A stretch of DNA of 64,000 bases from Candidatus Latescibacterota bacterium. GTDB lineage: Bacteria > Latescibacterota > UBA2968 > UBA8231. A program made the position numbers and the translations under genes. Where the stretch lies: NCBI GenBank assembly GCA_965204725.1, contig OZ242005.1, forward strand, positions 512,001 to 576,000, in the 5' to 3' direction. Of this stretch, positions 1 to 9,107 are shown piece after piece (position 1 is the stretch's first letter; each line of letters begins with the position of its first letter). The notes under the pieces were generated by a model, which did not search any database, was not told the DNA's origin, and saw only the letters and a program-made list of their open reading frames with translations.

Positions 1-360
1 CAACGCGCCGCGCTCGGCGCGCTCTCGGCCGGGGCCGCGTACTGCGAGGGCTATCTCGCGGGTATGGACGCGGTTCGCCGGCTCTGCCTAGCGCGGCTCG
101 GGGCGCTCGGCACGCGGGTTGAAGTGCCGGCGACCGAAGGGGCTTTTTATTTATTGGCGCGTCTGCAAACCGATCTCGACGCCATGGCGGTGGCCGCCCG
201 CTTGGTGCGGGAGTACAAGGTCGCCGTCATCCCCGGCCATGCCTTCGGATTGAGCGCAGACTGCTATGTGCGCGTTGCCTACGGTGCCCTGCGCCAAGAG
301 GACGTGGCCGAGGGCATGGATCGGCTCGTCGAGGGTTTGGGGCAGATTCTCTCCGCTTGA
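1..360 (+). CDS. PLP-dependent aminotransferase class I/II, C-terminal part (5' end outside window)
   Basis: EGAFYL, VAVIPGHAFG and YVRVAYG are typical class I/II C-terminal motifs; the frame is open from position 1. Confidence 0.85.
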   Translation, partial: QRAALGALSAGAAYCEGYLAGMDAVRRLCLARLGALGTRVEVPATEGAFYLLARLQTDLDAMAVAARLVREYKVAVIPGHAFGLSADCYVRVAYGALRQEDVAEGMDRLVEGLGQILSA

Positions 361-381
361 CATGGTGAGCTATTTAAGCGT

Positions 382-3213
382 ATGTTTCGGCAGACAAAGA
401 GCGACCTGAATCTGCATAAAGAATGCCCCAGAGGAAGTTCTCCACTTCTCTGCGATGTGGAACTTCGACAAACATTGTATTCGGTATTCTGGCGGGTTGG
501 TCGCTCTTCTTTTGTTCTATTCGCCCTCCTGCTCTGGCCCGTAGTCCTGCGCGCCCAGCCCATCGCCACGGCCCCGAAGGCACTCGACTTGGGTGTAGTC
601 GGCGTCGGCGTGGAGGCGCGGGCGTCCGTTTCCCTCAAAAATCTGCAAGACGACGCGCTTGAAGTGATCGTCGGCATTAGCGGTGCTGGTTTTGGCACGG
701 CCGCGGATACGTTGCGCTTAGAAGCCGAGGGCCGCCGCCGCGTCGAAGTGCATTTCAGGGCGACCGCGCCCGGGGAATATGCGGGCGAGCTGATCGTGCA
801 GGTGGCCTCCCTGTTTGCCGATGAGCGTCTAAGTGTGCCGCTCCAAGCAGTCGCGGTCGTGCCGACCCTAACGCTGCTGCCAGCCGAAGGACTGGATTTT
901 GGCCCAGTGCCCGTCGGCCAAGCGGCTAGGGCGGCCCTTGTAGTCAAAAACACCGGCCTCGTGTCCGTGGTGGCCGGGCGGATGGCCGTTGCCGATCCCC
1001 AAGGCCCCTTTCGGGTTGAGGGCGACGTCGGCTCGTGGCCGGCTCCCGGCGATGAAATGCGGATTGACGTTGAGTTTGCGCCGACGCGGGCGGGGCCGGT
1101 CGCGACGGAATTCGTGGTCGTCGCGCCCGGTTCTGGGGATTGGTCCATCCCCTTGCGGGGGAGCGGTCTGGTGCCGCAAGCGGCCTTTTCGCCTCTCCCG
1201 CAAGTGGGCCTTGACTTTGGGATCGTCGAGGTGGGCCAGCGCCTAACGCGCCGCGTGACCGTCCTCAATCAGGGCCAGACCGAATTGCACCTTAAAAACG
1301 CCAGCCTTGAGGGCGCGGCGTTTGCCCTCGGAGGCGCGGACTCGGCGGCCACGCTTGCGCCCGAGGGGCGGCTCGACCTGAGCGCGGCGTTTGTGCCGCA
1401 GAGCGAAGGCGACCACAGCGGCGTCCTGCGCCTACACACCAGCGACCCGCAGGCCGCAGTGGTGGCCATCCCCCTCGCGGGTCGCGGCCAAATCAGCCCG
1501 CCGCGCATCGAGATTCTCAACGGCGGCCTAGACTTCGGCAGTGTGCCCATCGGCGAGACCGCACACGCGCATTTGCTGCTGTGGAACCGAGGAGGTCGGC
1601 CGGGCGTGGTGGAGGTTGCAATGGCCGCGGGCGAGGGCGTTGAATTTGAGCTCGAACAGCCCTCGGTCCTCGTCCAGCCTCGGGCCAGTGCCCAAGTCGC
1701 GCTGAGTTTCTCGCCCAAAGAAGCCGGGCCGCGCCAAGCTATTCTGCACGTCGAGGTTGAAGCCCAGCGCCAGACGGTGCGCTTGCAGGGCGTCGGCCAG
1801 TTTTTCGCCCTCAGTCCGGCGACCGTTGACTTCGGTCGAGTCGCGGTCGGCCAAAGCAGCAGTCGCGTCGTAGAAATAGCCAATGTGGGCAACGCCGACT
1901 TTGAGGTTCACCAGCTCCGCTCGACGAGCACTGAATTTACCGCCCATACCCCCATTGACGCGGACAACAAGTTCCTGTTGCCGGCCCACAGCCAGCGCAC
2001 CTTGCCGCTGCACGTGGCCTTCAGCCCGTCGGCCCGCGGCGCGATTTCGGGGACCTTGCGCTTAGACGGCTTGGGCGCGCAGGAGATGACGACGCTCGAC
2101 ATCCTGCTCAAGGGCAGCGGCATGGCCGCTGAAATCGATCTGCATCCGGCGGGCCTCGTTGATTTTGGCTATGTGGCCTTGGGGCAGCAGACGGAAAGGA
2201 CCTTTGTGGCGACCAACGTCGGCGATACCGTGCTGCAAGTCGAGGCGCATCCCCAAAGCGAGGAGGCCCGCGTCGCGCCAGCGCAATTCGCGTTGGCCCC
2301 GGGCGAATCCGTGCGCCTCACGCTCTTTTTCGCGCCCGATGCCTTGGGCGAGCGCCGCGGGCGCGTTTTGCTGGTCAGCAACGACGTCAAGGACCGCGCC
2401 CGGCCGCTCGAATACAAGGGGGACGGAGTGCTCGCAGACATCGACTTGGCGCGCATTGTCGAGGTCTTGATCGCGCACGGCGAGGAGCCCCAGCCCTTGG
2501 CTGTCGGCTGGAACAATACCCCGGTCGTGCAAAAAGACGGGACCAAAGTGGATGTGGCCTTTGCGATTTCCGACTCGCTGCGGCCGGCGCTCATCGGGCG
2601 CGAGCTGGTGGTCGAGTGGACCCCGCTCGACGAAAACTATGCCCCGAAAAAAGGCCGCACCCAAAAGCAGAAGGTCACCATCTACGAGTCGAGCGGCGAG
2701 CGCGTCTTGGTCGAGGACCTCAACTTGCGGCTGTCGGAAGAAGACAATCGCCGAGTGCGGCTCAAAATTACGACCCACAGCTACCCGGGTGCCCCGCCGC
2801 AGAGCGTGTCGCAGCTTTTGGAAGCCGGGGGTTGGAAGTGGGAATTTGAGGCCAAGCCGCTCGTTTCCTTTTTGACGATTCGCCCCGGGCGCGATTATAC
2901 CGACCGCGACGGCAACCCAGTCCAAGGCCAAACCGAGCGCCTGATCGGCTTGCCCGGGTTGGCCTTTGCCGGCTGGCACAACGTGGATAACCCGTTGATT
3001 TCCGGCATCCACTTCACGGCCATCGGCAATGTCCTCGAAGCCCTTTCAACCGAAAACTCGCTGGCCATTTCGCTGGGCGTGGCCGTTTCCTTTTACAAGG
3101 ATCAGTTTCTCTTTGGCTTTGGCTGGGACATTTACGACAGCCGACCCCGAGCCAAGAAGAAAGGCTCGCAGGACTACATTATGACCTTTAAGTACTCGGG
3201 GTTGTTCAAGTGA
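382..3213 (+). CDS. Exported protein with six ASH / choice-of-anchor-D Ig-like repeats and an unknown C-terminal domain (true start probably downstream, e.g. GTG 457)
   Basis: Six ~105-aa repeats starting (L/V)D(F/L)GxVx(V/I/L)G with NxG and FxP motifs; signal-like segment FVLFALLLWPVVLRA. Confidence 0.75.
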   Translation: MFRQTKSDLNLHKECPRGSSPLLCDVELRQTLYSVFWRVGRSSFVLFALLLWPVVLRAQPIATAPKALDLGVVGVGVEARASVSLKNLQDDALEVIVGISGAGFGTAADTLRLEAEGRRRVEVHFRATAPGEYAGELIVQVASLFADERLSVPLQAVAVVPTLTLLPAEGLDFGPVPVGQAARAALVVKNTGLVSVVAGRMAVADPQGPFRVEGDVGSWPAPGDEMRIDVEFAPTRAGPVATEFVVVAPGSGDWSIPLRGSGLVPQAAFSPLPQVGLDFGIVEVGQRLTRRVTVLNQGQTELHLKNASLEGAAFALGGADSAATLAPEGRLDLSAAFVPQSEGDHSGVLRLHTSDPQAAVVAIPLAGRGQISPPRIEILNGGLDFGSVPIGETAHAHLLLWNRGGRPGVVEVAMAAGEGVEFELEQPSVLVQPRASAQVALSFSPKEAGPRQAILHVEVEAQRQTVRLQGVGQFFALSPATVDFGRVAVGQSSSRVVEIANVGNADFEVHQLRSTSTEFTAHTPIDADNKFLLPAHSQRTLPLHVAFSPSARGAISGTLRLDGLGAQEMTTLDILLKGSGMAAEIDLHPAGLVDFGYVALGQQTERTFVATNVGDTVLQVEAHPQSEEARVAPAQFALAPGESVRLTLFFAPDALGERRGRVLLVSNDVKDRARPLEYKGDGVLADIDLARIVEVLIAHGEEPQPLAVGWNNTPVVQKDGTKVDVAFAISDSLRPALIGRELVVEWTPLDENYAPKKGRTQKQKVTIYESSGERVLVEDLNLRLSEEDNRRVRLKITTHSYPGAPPQSVSQLLEAGGWKWEFEAKPLVSFLTIRPGRDYTDRDGNPVQGQTERLIGLPGLAFAGWHNVDNPLISGIHFTAIGNVLEALSTENSLAISLGVAVSFYKDQFLFGFGWDIYDSRPRAKKKGSQDYIMTFKYSGLFK

Positions 3214-4159
3214 GCAGATGGCGGCACACCATGGCCGCGGCACACAAGTCTTGCGCGCCCATCCCCGTCAGGTAGGCCGCGCTCGGCGCGCCCGCGCCCA
3301 AGCGCCCGCAGGCCGCATCGCCGATGTCGAGCACCGCGCCCGCGGCGTTCCGCGCCAAGGAGATTTGCTCGGCGCGCCCCTGCTCGGCCGCCAAGCGGAA
3401 CTCTCCAGACCGCTCGGCTTGGGCGAGCACATCGACGACCACCGTGCGCTCGCAGAGCACTTCCGGCGCGAGTTGGCGCGTGCGACTGTCCCCGGCGATG
3501 ACCGCGAGGTACGGGACTTGGGCCAGCGCCGCGGCCGTCAAAATGGGCTGGGGCGTCGGCACGGCCGTCAACACGGCGTCGGCTCCAGCGATACACGTCG
3601 CTAGCGACGAGGCCACCCGCAGGGGTGCTCGCAGGGTTGGCCCGACCGCTTGGGCGAACTCCGCCCGGTTCGCCGCCCGGCGGCTCGTGCAGGCAATCTC
3701 TGCCAACTCAAAGAGTGCGTCGCAGGACAGGGCCAAGCTCCGCGCAATCCGGCCGGTCCCCAAGATGGCGATGCGCTCGATAGCCGCGCCCGCTAGGTAT
3801 TGGAGCCCCAGTGCCCCAGCCGCGCCGGTGCGCTGGTCGGTGATGTGCCCGGCCTCTAGCCGCCACGCCCGGCCCTGTTGCAGATCTTCAAATGCGATGT
3901 ACGCCTCCCGCTGGGCCAGCCGCCCGGTCGCCACGTCTGAAAGCTCTTCGATGATCTTGCGGGCGCGAAACTTCCCTGGCCATTCGGCCGGCATGTCGAG
4001 GCGAAAGGAATCGAGTGCGCCGCGCTTTTGGATGCACTCGGTGCGCGGTGGGTTGCTGATGACCCCCGCGCCATACTGCTCGAACGCTTGGTGACAGGCG
4101 GCGAGAAAATCAGCCGTGGAGAAGCGGTGGGCAAAGTCTTTTTCGCGCAGGATCTCCAT
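3206..4159 (-). CDS. Ornithine cyclodeaminase / mu-crystallin family protein (divergent)
   Basis: ITDQRTGAAG, AILGTGRIA Rossmann motif, ADAVLTA, GMGAQDLCAA. Confidence 0.75.
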   Translation of the reverse strand: MEILREKDFAHRFSTADFLAACHQAFEQYGAGVISNPPRTECIQKRGALDSFRLDMPAEWPGKFRARKIIEELSDVATGRLAQREAYIAFEDLQQGRAWRLEAGHITDQRTGAAGALGLQYLAGAAIERIAILGTGRIARSLALSCDALFELAEIACTSRRAANRAEFAQAVGPTLRAPLRVASSLATCIAGADAVLTAVPTPQPILTAAALAQVPYLAVIAGDSRTRQLAPEVLCERTVVVDVLAQAERSGEFRLAAEQGRAEQISLARNAAGAVLDIGDAACGRLGAGAPSAAYLTGMGAQDLCAAAMVCRHLLT

Positions 4160-4222
4160 GTCTCATCCTTTGTTTGCTTGACGTAACTTGCCGTTTTTTA
4201 TTCATTTAATGGCGTTGGAGCG

Positions 4223-4684
4223 ATGGAACGAGAAACCCCCAACATGCAGGAGTTCATTTTGTGGGGGCTGGCCGTTGTGGCCATAGCCCTTCTCCTCAAA
4301 GCGGCTTTCTGGCCGCACTCTGCGACTCCCCAGCCCACGCCCCAACGGGAAGTTCCCAAGCCGGAAGCCACTCCCCAGATCAGCCCCATTCGGGTCGAAA
4401 TCCTCAACGGCGGCGGCGAATCGCAAATCGCTGCCCGCCTCCGCAAAAAGGTACGCGCCCTCGGGCTAGACGTGATTCACGAAGGCAATGCACCGAGCTT
4501 CAATTACCTGCACACCCTCGTCGTCGATTTGGATGGCGATATTGAGCAAGCCCGACAAGTGGCGGATGTCTTGGGGATCCCTCATTTTATTCAACAGCAG
4601 AGAGACCAATTCAGCTTGGCGAGCGTCTCCATTATCATCGGGCGCGACTATCGCCGCATTGGCCTGCTCGACTCGGCCAAGTAA
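4223..4684 (+). CDS. LytR C-terminal (LytR_C) domain membrane-anchored protein
   Basis: N-terminal TM helix; RVEILNGGG, GNA and VSIIIGRDY motifs. Confidence 0.8.
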   Translation: MERETPNMQEFILWGLAVVAIALLLKAAFWPHSATPQPTPQREVPKPEATPQISPIRVEILNGGGESQIAARLRKKVRALGLDVIHEGNAPSFNYLHTLVVDLDGDIEQARQVADVLGIPHFIQQQRDQFSLASVSIIIGRDYRRIGLLDSAK

Positions 4685-4696
4685 CGCCCCGGGAAA

Positions 4697-5104
4697 ATGC
4701 CCATGACCCAGTGCCAAGACCCGCGCATCAACCGCGTCGTAGAAATTTTACAAGATAAGAAGGCCCTCGCAATAACCTTGCTGGATCTACGCTCTATAAC
4801 CGACACCTGCGACTACTTCCTGCTCTGTACGAGCACCTCTGAGCAGCACACCCGCAGCCTCGTGGACGCGGTGCGGGACCAGCTCGTCGAGATAGGAGAA
4901 AAGCCTTGGCACATTGAGGGCACGGATGCCCAGCGCTGGGTTTTGCTCGATTACGTCGATTTCGTCGTCCACATCTTTCGCGCAGAGGCCCGCGATTTCT
5001 ACGCCCTAGAGAGGCTGTGGGGCGACGCGCAACGCACGGACTATGCCGCGCTAGACGCGCCCGAGGAAGCGGCGGAAACGCCCTTTGAATTTTCGACCTT
5101 CTAA
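4697..5104 (+). CDS. rsfS: Ribosome silencing factor RsfS
   Basis: DKKA..I..LDL, DYFLLCT, WVLLDYVDFVVHIF, RDFYALERLWGDA. Confidence 0.95.
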   Translation: MPMTQCQDPRINRVVEILQDKKALAITLLDLRSITDTCDYFLLCTSTSEQHTRSLVDAVRDQLVEIGEKPWHIEGTDAQRWVLLDYVDFVVHIFRAEARDFYALERLWGDAQRTDYAALDAPEEAAETPFEFSTF

Positions 5105-6144
5105 TGCCAATGCAAACGCTCAGATGGCAGGACGATGCGCTGGTCCTGCTCGATCAAACGCGCTTACCCGAAGCGCTGGTGTACGCGACCTATCGCCACG
5201 TCGAAGAGATTGCCGGCGCCATTGAAAGGCTCGTGGTGCGCGGCGCACCGGCCATTGGGTTGGCGGCTGCCTACGGCGTCGTGGTCGGCGCACGTGCCGC
5301 GGTTGATTGCCCCCCCGAGTCCTTTGGCCGCCGCGTGGAAGCGACCATCGCCCGCCTCGCCCGCACCCGCCCCACCGCGATCAACCTGTTCTGGGCCTTA
5401 GAGCAAATGCGGGAGGTGTTGGCGGCGAATCAAGGGCGCGACAACCGCACCCTCTGCGACCTCCTGCTAGCGGCCGCGCATCGCCTCTTGGAGGAAGACC
5501 GCCAAATCTGTCGCCAGATCGGTGCCCACGGCGCGGCCCTCCTGCGCGATGGCAGCCAAGTCATAACCCACTGCAATGCCGGCGGCTTGGCCACGGCCGA
5601 CTACGGCACGGCCTTGGGGGTGGTCTATGCGGCCCAAGAGGCCGGCAAGAAGGTCGCCGTGTTTGCCGACGAAACCCGCCCCTTGCTGCAAGGTTCGCGG
5701 CTGACGGCGTGGGAGCTGATGCAGAGCGGCATCGACGTCAAGGTCATCTGCGACAATGCGGCCGCGGCCGTCCTGCGAAGCGAGGCGATTGACTGCTGCA
5801 TAGTGGGCGCGGATCGCATCGCCAAAAACGGCGATGTGGCCAACAAAATAGGTACGTACGGGCTGGCCATCCTCGCCCGCGAGCACGGCGTACCTTTTTA
5901 CGTGGCCGCCCCGGTCTCGACCCTCGACCTAACCTTGGCCTCGGGCGAGGAAATCCCCATTGAAAAGCGCGACGCCGCCGAGGTGCGCCAAGGCATGGGC
6001 AAGCCCACCGCGCCCGACGCCGTGCCGGTGTACAACCCGGCCTTTGACGTCACGCCCGGCGACTTGGTGTCGGCGATTATCTCGGAAAAGGGCGTCGCCC
6101 GCGCTCCGTACGAACCTGCCCTATGCGCTTGGGTCGAGCCATGA
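5104..6144 (+). CDS. mtnA: S-methyl-5-thioribose-1-phosphate isomerase
   Basis: LLDQTRLP, VRGAPAIG, RPTAINL, THCNAGGLAT, ETRPLLQGSRLTAWEL, ANKIGTY, NPAFDVTP. Confidence 0.95.
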   Translation: MPMQTLRWQDDALVLLDQTRLPEALVYATYRHVEEIAGAIERLVVRGAPAIGLAAAYGVVVGARAAVDCPPESFGRRVEATIARLARTRPTAINLFWALEQMREVLAANQGRDNRTLCDLLLAAAHRLLEEDRQICRQIGAHGAALLRDGSQVITHCNAGGLATADYGTALGVVYAAQEAGKKVAVFADETRPLLQGSRLTAWELMQSGIDVKVICDNAAAAVLRSEAIDCCIVGADRIAKNGDVANKIGTYGLAILAREHGVPFYVAAPVSTLDLTLASGEEIPIEKRDAAEVRQGMGKPTAPDAVPVYNPAFDVTPGDLVSAIISEKGVARAPYEPALCAWVEP

Positions 6145-6905
6145 AAAGCTATCCGCTCCTATTGCTGGCCCTGCTCGCCACGGCCCATTGCGCGAGTGCC
6201 CCGCGCTGGCGCACGGATTCGGGCGCTGCCGCGCCCCCGAGTAGCGAAGAATTTGACCCGCGCACCCTCGGCGAAGCCCCTTTGCTCATTGAGCCGGTCC
6301 AACGCGAGTCAAAAGAACGCGAAGAACGCGCCCAAACCCCAGCCGAGCCTGCGCCCCCCGCCCCAGACCGCGCTGCGACCGCGAGCACTTCGGTCTATCG
6401 CCTCCAGTTGCTCGCCTTGAGCAACAAAGCCATGGCACGCCAGCGCCGCGTCGAGCTGGAACGTGCGCTCGGGGTGAAGGTGTACCTAGTGGCCCGCAAC
6501 GAACACTCAGTGCTGCAAGCGGGCCAATACCCCACGCGCGCTGCGGCCGCGGCCCTCAAGGAGCAGGTTGCTGCGCTCGGCCCGGATTATGCCGATGCCT
6601 ATGTCGTGGAGGTCCCGGCCGGTGCGCCGACCGAGGCCGCGCCCGGGCCGGAGCCCACCTTTGGCTGGAAGGTGCAAATCGCCCAGTTCCTAGAACACGA
6701 CAAGGCCAGCCGCCTCGTGGCCGACGCAAAAAAGCGCCTGCAACGCGACGACATCAACGTGATCTTTAAGGAACCGTACTACAAGATCGAAGTCGGCAAC
6801 TATCGCACCGAGGCGCGCGCTCAGGCCGCGGCCGAACGGATCGGAGAGTTCTACCCCCTCGCCCTCAAGGTCCGCTCCCAGATTTTCATCTCGCAGGAGG
6901 ACTGA
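6141..6905 (+). CDS. SPOR-domain lipoprotein (two SPOR-like domains)
   Basis: Lipoprotein-like signal ending ATAHC; YRLQL and WKVQIAQF...PYYKIEVGNY segments. Confidence 0.7.
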   Translation: MKSYPLLLLALLATAHCASAPRWRTDSGAAAPPSSEEFDPRTLGEAPLLIEPVQRESKEREERAQTPAEPAPPAPDRAATASTSVYRLQLLALSNKAMARQRRVELERALGVKVYLVARNEHSVLQAGQYPTRAAAAALKEQVAALGPDYADAYVVEVPAGAPTEAAPGPEPTFGWKVQIAQFLEHDKASRLVADAKKRLQRDDINVIFKEPYYKIEVGNYRTEARAQAAAERIGEFYPLALKVRSQIFISQED

Positions 6906-6911
6906 CCCGCC

Positions 6912-8636
6912 ATGCGCTTGTATTGTTGTGTCATCGCCTTGCTGTTCATGGCCTGTGCCCATGGCAAGAGCACCGGACCTGCGGCCTTCGACGAGGCGGC
7001 CCCCCCTATCGTGTCGGTGGATTTGTCTGTGGACCCACCGCCGGATAGGGCCGACTTACGCGCTGTGCGTTGGCACGTGCTCCTCGCCATCGAAAGCCAC
7101 GCGCTCGGGCAGACCCAACGAGCGCAAGCGGCCCTCGACTCGGCCTTTGGCATTCTCGCCGACCTCGACGAGCACGACGCGCTCGTCGATACCGCGCAGG
7201 CCGCCACGCTCGGCGCGTCCATTGAGCGGGCGTACCTCAGCTTGTTGCCGCACTTGGAGCACTTGCCGGCCGACAGCCCCTTGAACGTCCTGCTCGAAGG
7301 GCTATCCGAGGAAAAAATTGAGCACCTGTCGGCCGATGCCAAGCCTGTGGTCCGCATTCGCCAACTCAGCCTCCGTTGCGACATGCCCATTGACGCCAAC
7401 GACCGCGTCGTCGCCAGCCTCCACTTCTTTGAGACGCGGGGTCGCAAGACCTTTGCCACTTGGTTGCAACGCGCTGGGCGCTACCGAGAGCTGATCGTCG
7501 ATATTCTCCAGCGCGAGGGGATGCCCCGCGACCTGTTCTATCTAGCCGTCATCGAGAGCGGCCTCAACCCAAGGGCCTATTCGCGGTCGCAGGCCGTGGG
7601 ATTGTGGCAGTTTATGGCGCATACCGGCCGCATGATGGGCCTTAAACGCACCCATTGGATCGACGAGCGGCGCGACCCGGTCAAGGCGACCGTTGCCGCG
7701 GCCCGATACCTCAAAGGTCTGTACGCCGAGTTCGGCGACTGGCGTTTAGCCTTGGCCGCGTACAACGCCGGCCCGGGCCGAGTCCGCCGCACCATCGCCC
7801 GCGACGGCACCAACGACTACTGGCAACTCAACCTGCCCCGCGAAACGAAAAACTACGTGCCGCTTTTCATGGCCGCGGCCATCATAGCCAAGGATCCACA
7901 ACTTTTTGGCTTTGAGCCTCAAGCCGAAGAGCCAGCCCTTACCTACGATGAAGTCCTCCTGCCCCAAGACTGGCCTTACATCGATCTGAAAGCGGCGGCT
8001 CAACTCTTGGGCATCAGCCGCCGGGTATTGCACGACCTCAATCCCGAGTTGCGCCAAGACATCACGCCGCCGGGGTCTGGTTCGTCTTATGTTTTGCGGG
8101 TGCCGCCGGGCCAAGGCCAGCGCTTGCTCGACCAGTACGCCAGCTTACCCATCCCGCAAAAGGCCGCGGTCCACCAGTACCGAGTGCAACGCGGCGATAC
8201 GATCTCTGATATTGCCCAAGCCTTTGGCGTCTCCACGCGCGTCATTGCCGCGGCCAATACCCTGAGAAACCCCCACTTCATCCGGCCGCGACAACTTCTT
8301 TATATCCCGGTCGCCACCAAGGCCAAGCCAGCTATTGGCAGCCGCGAGACCTACACGGTGAAGCCGGGCGATACCCTGTGGGAGTTGGCTCGGCGCTTTG
8401 CGGTTAGCGTCCCCGACTTACAGGCGTGGAACAGCCTCGAAAAGGCGCTGATTAAACCCGGTCAACAGCTCACGGTGGCCAACAAGCGAGCGCGGATATA
8501 CACCGTGGTCTCGGGCGATACCCTGCACGGCATCGCCCGCAAATTCGGCCTCGCCGCCCGCGATATTGCCCGCCAAAACAACATCGATCTCTCGGAGACG
8601 CTGCTGGCGGGCACGGCTTTGCAGATCCCGCGGTGA
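6912..8636 (+). CDS. mltD: Lytic murein transglycosylase with three LysM domains (MltD-like)
   Basis: IESG, GLWQFM, DERRDP, AAYNAG, ETKNYVP; three YxVxxGDT LysM repeats. Confidence 0.88.
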   Translation: MRLYCCVIALLFMACAHGKSTGPAAFDEAAPPIVSVDLSVDPPPDRADLRAVRWHVLLAIESHALGQTQRAQAALDSAFGILADLDEHDALVDTAQAATLGASIERAYLSLLPHLEHLPADSPLNVLLEGLSEEKIEHLSADAKPVVRIRQLSLRCDMPIDANDRVVASLHFFETRGRKTFATWLQRAGRYRELIVDILQREGMPRDLFYLAVIESGLNPRAYSRSQAVGLWQFMAHTGRMMGLKRTHWIDERRDPVKATVAAARYLKGLYAEFGDWRLALAAYNAGPGRVRRTIARDGTNDYWQLNLPRETKNYVPLFMAAAIIAKDPQLFGFEPQAEEPALTYDEVLLPQDWPYIDLKAAAQLLGISRRVLHDLNPELRQDITPPGSGSSYVLRVPPGQGQRLLDQYASLPIPQKAAVHQYRVQRGDTISDIAQAFGVSTRVIAAANTLRNPHFIRPRQLLYIPVATKAKPAIGSRETYTVKPGDTLWELARRFAVSVPDLQAWNSLEKALIKPGQQLTVANKRARIYTVVSGDTLHGIARKFGLAARDIARQNNIDLSETLLAGTALQIPR

Positions 8637-8637
8637 C

Positions 8638-9105
8638 ATGAGTGCGGTCCGCCACATCCTCTGGCTGGCACTGGCCTTTATCCTGCAAACCACTTGGGTT
8701 GATTCGCTAAGGGTATGGTCGATCAAACCCGATCTATTGCTCGTGGCGTTGAGCTTCATCGCGCTGCGCCGCGGGCCAGTTGTTGGGGCCTATATGGGGC
8801 TGGGCGTCGGCATCCTCCAAGATATATACCTGCCCGCCGATCTCGGAGTCAACGCGCTCGCCAAGTCGATCATTGGCGCGGGCTTTGGCTACAGTCACGC
8901 CCGCATGGTCGCCGACAGCATTCAAGTCCAGACCGCGCTCATGTTCGGCGCCGTAATCTGCCACGATCTCATCTACTATGTGGGGGCCGGGACCGATCTG
9001 CCCTTTGAGGTGAGCAGCATCTTGGGCCGCGCCGTGTACACGGGCTTGATCAACGCGGTTTTCTTCGCGGGTCTAACTCTTAAACGCCATCTCTTCCCCG
9101 CTTGA
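8638..9105 (+). CDS. mreD: Rod shape-determining protein MreD
   Basis: Hydrophobic; KPDLLLV and GILQD...GVNAL; directly upstream of mrdA. Confidence 0.85.
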   Translation: MSAVRHILWLALAFILQTTWVDSLRVWSIKPDLLLVALSFIALRRGPVVGAYMGLGVGILQDIYLPADLGVNALAKSIIGAGFGYSHARMVADSIQVQTALMFGAVICHDLIYYVGAGTDLPFEVSSILGRAVYTGLINAVFFAGLTLKRHLFPA

Positions 9106-9107
9106 TT

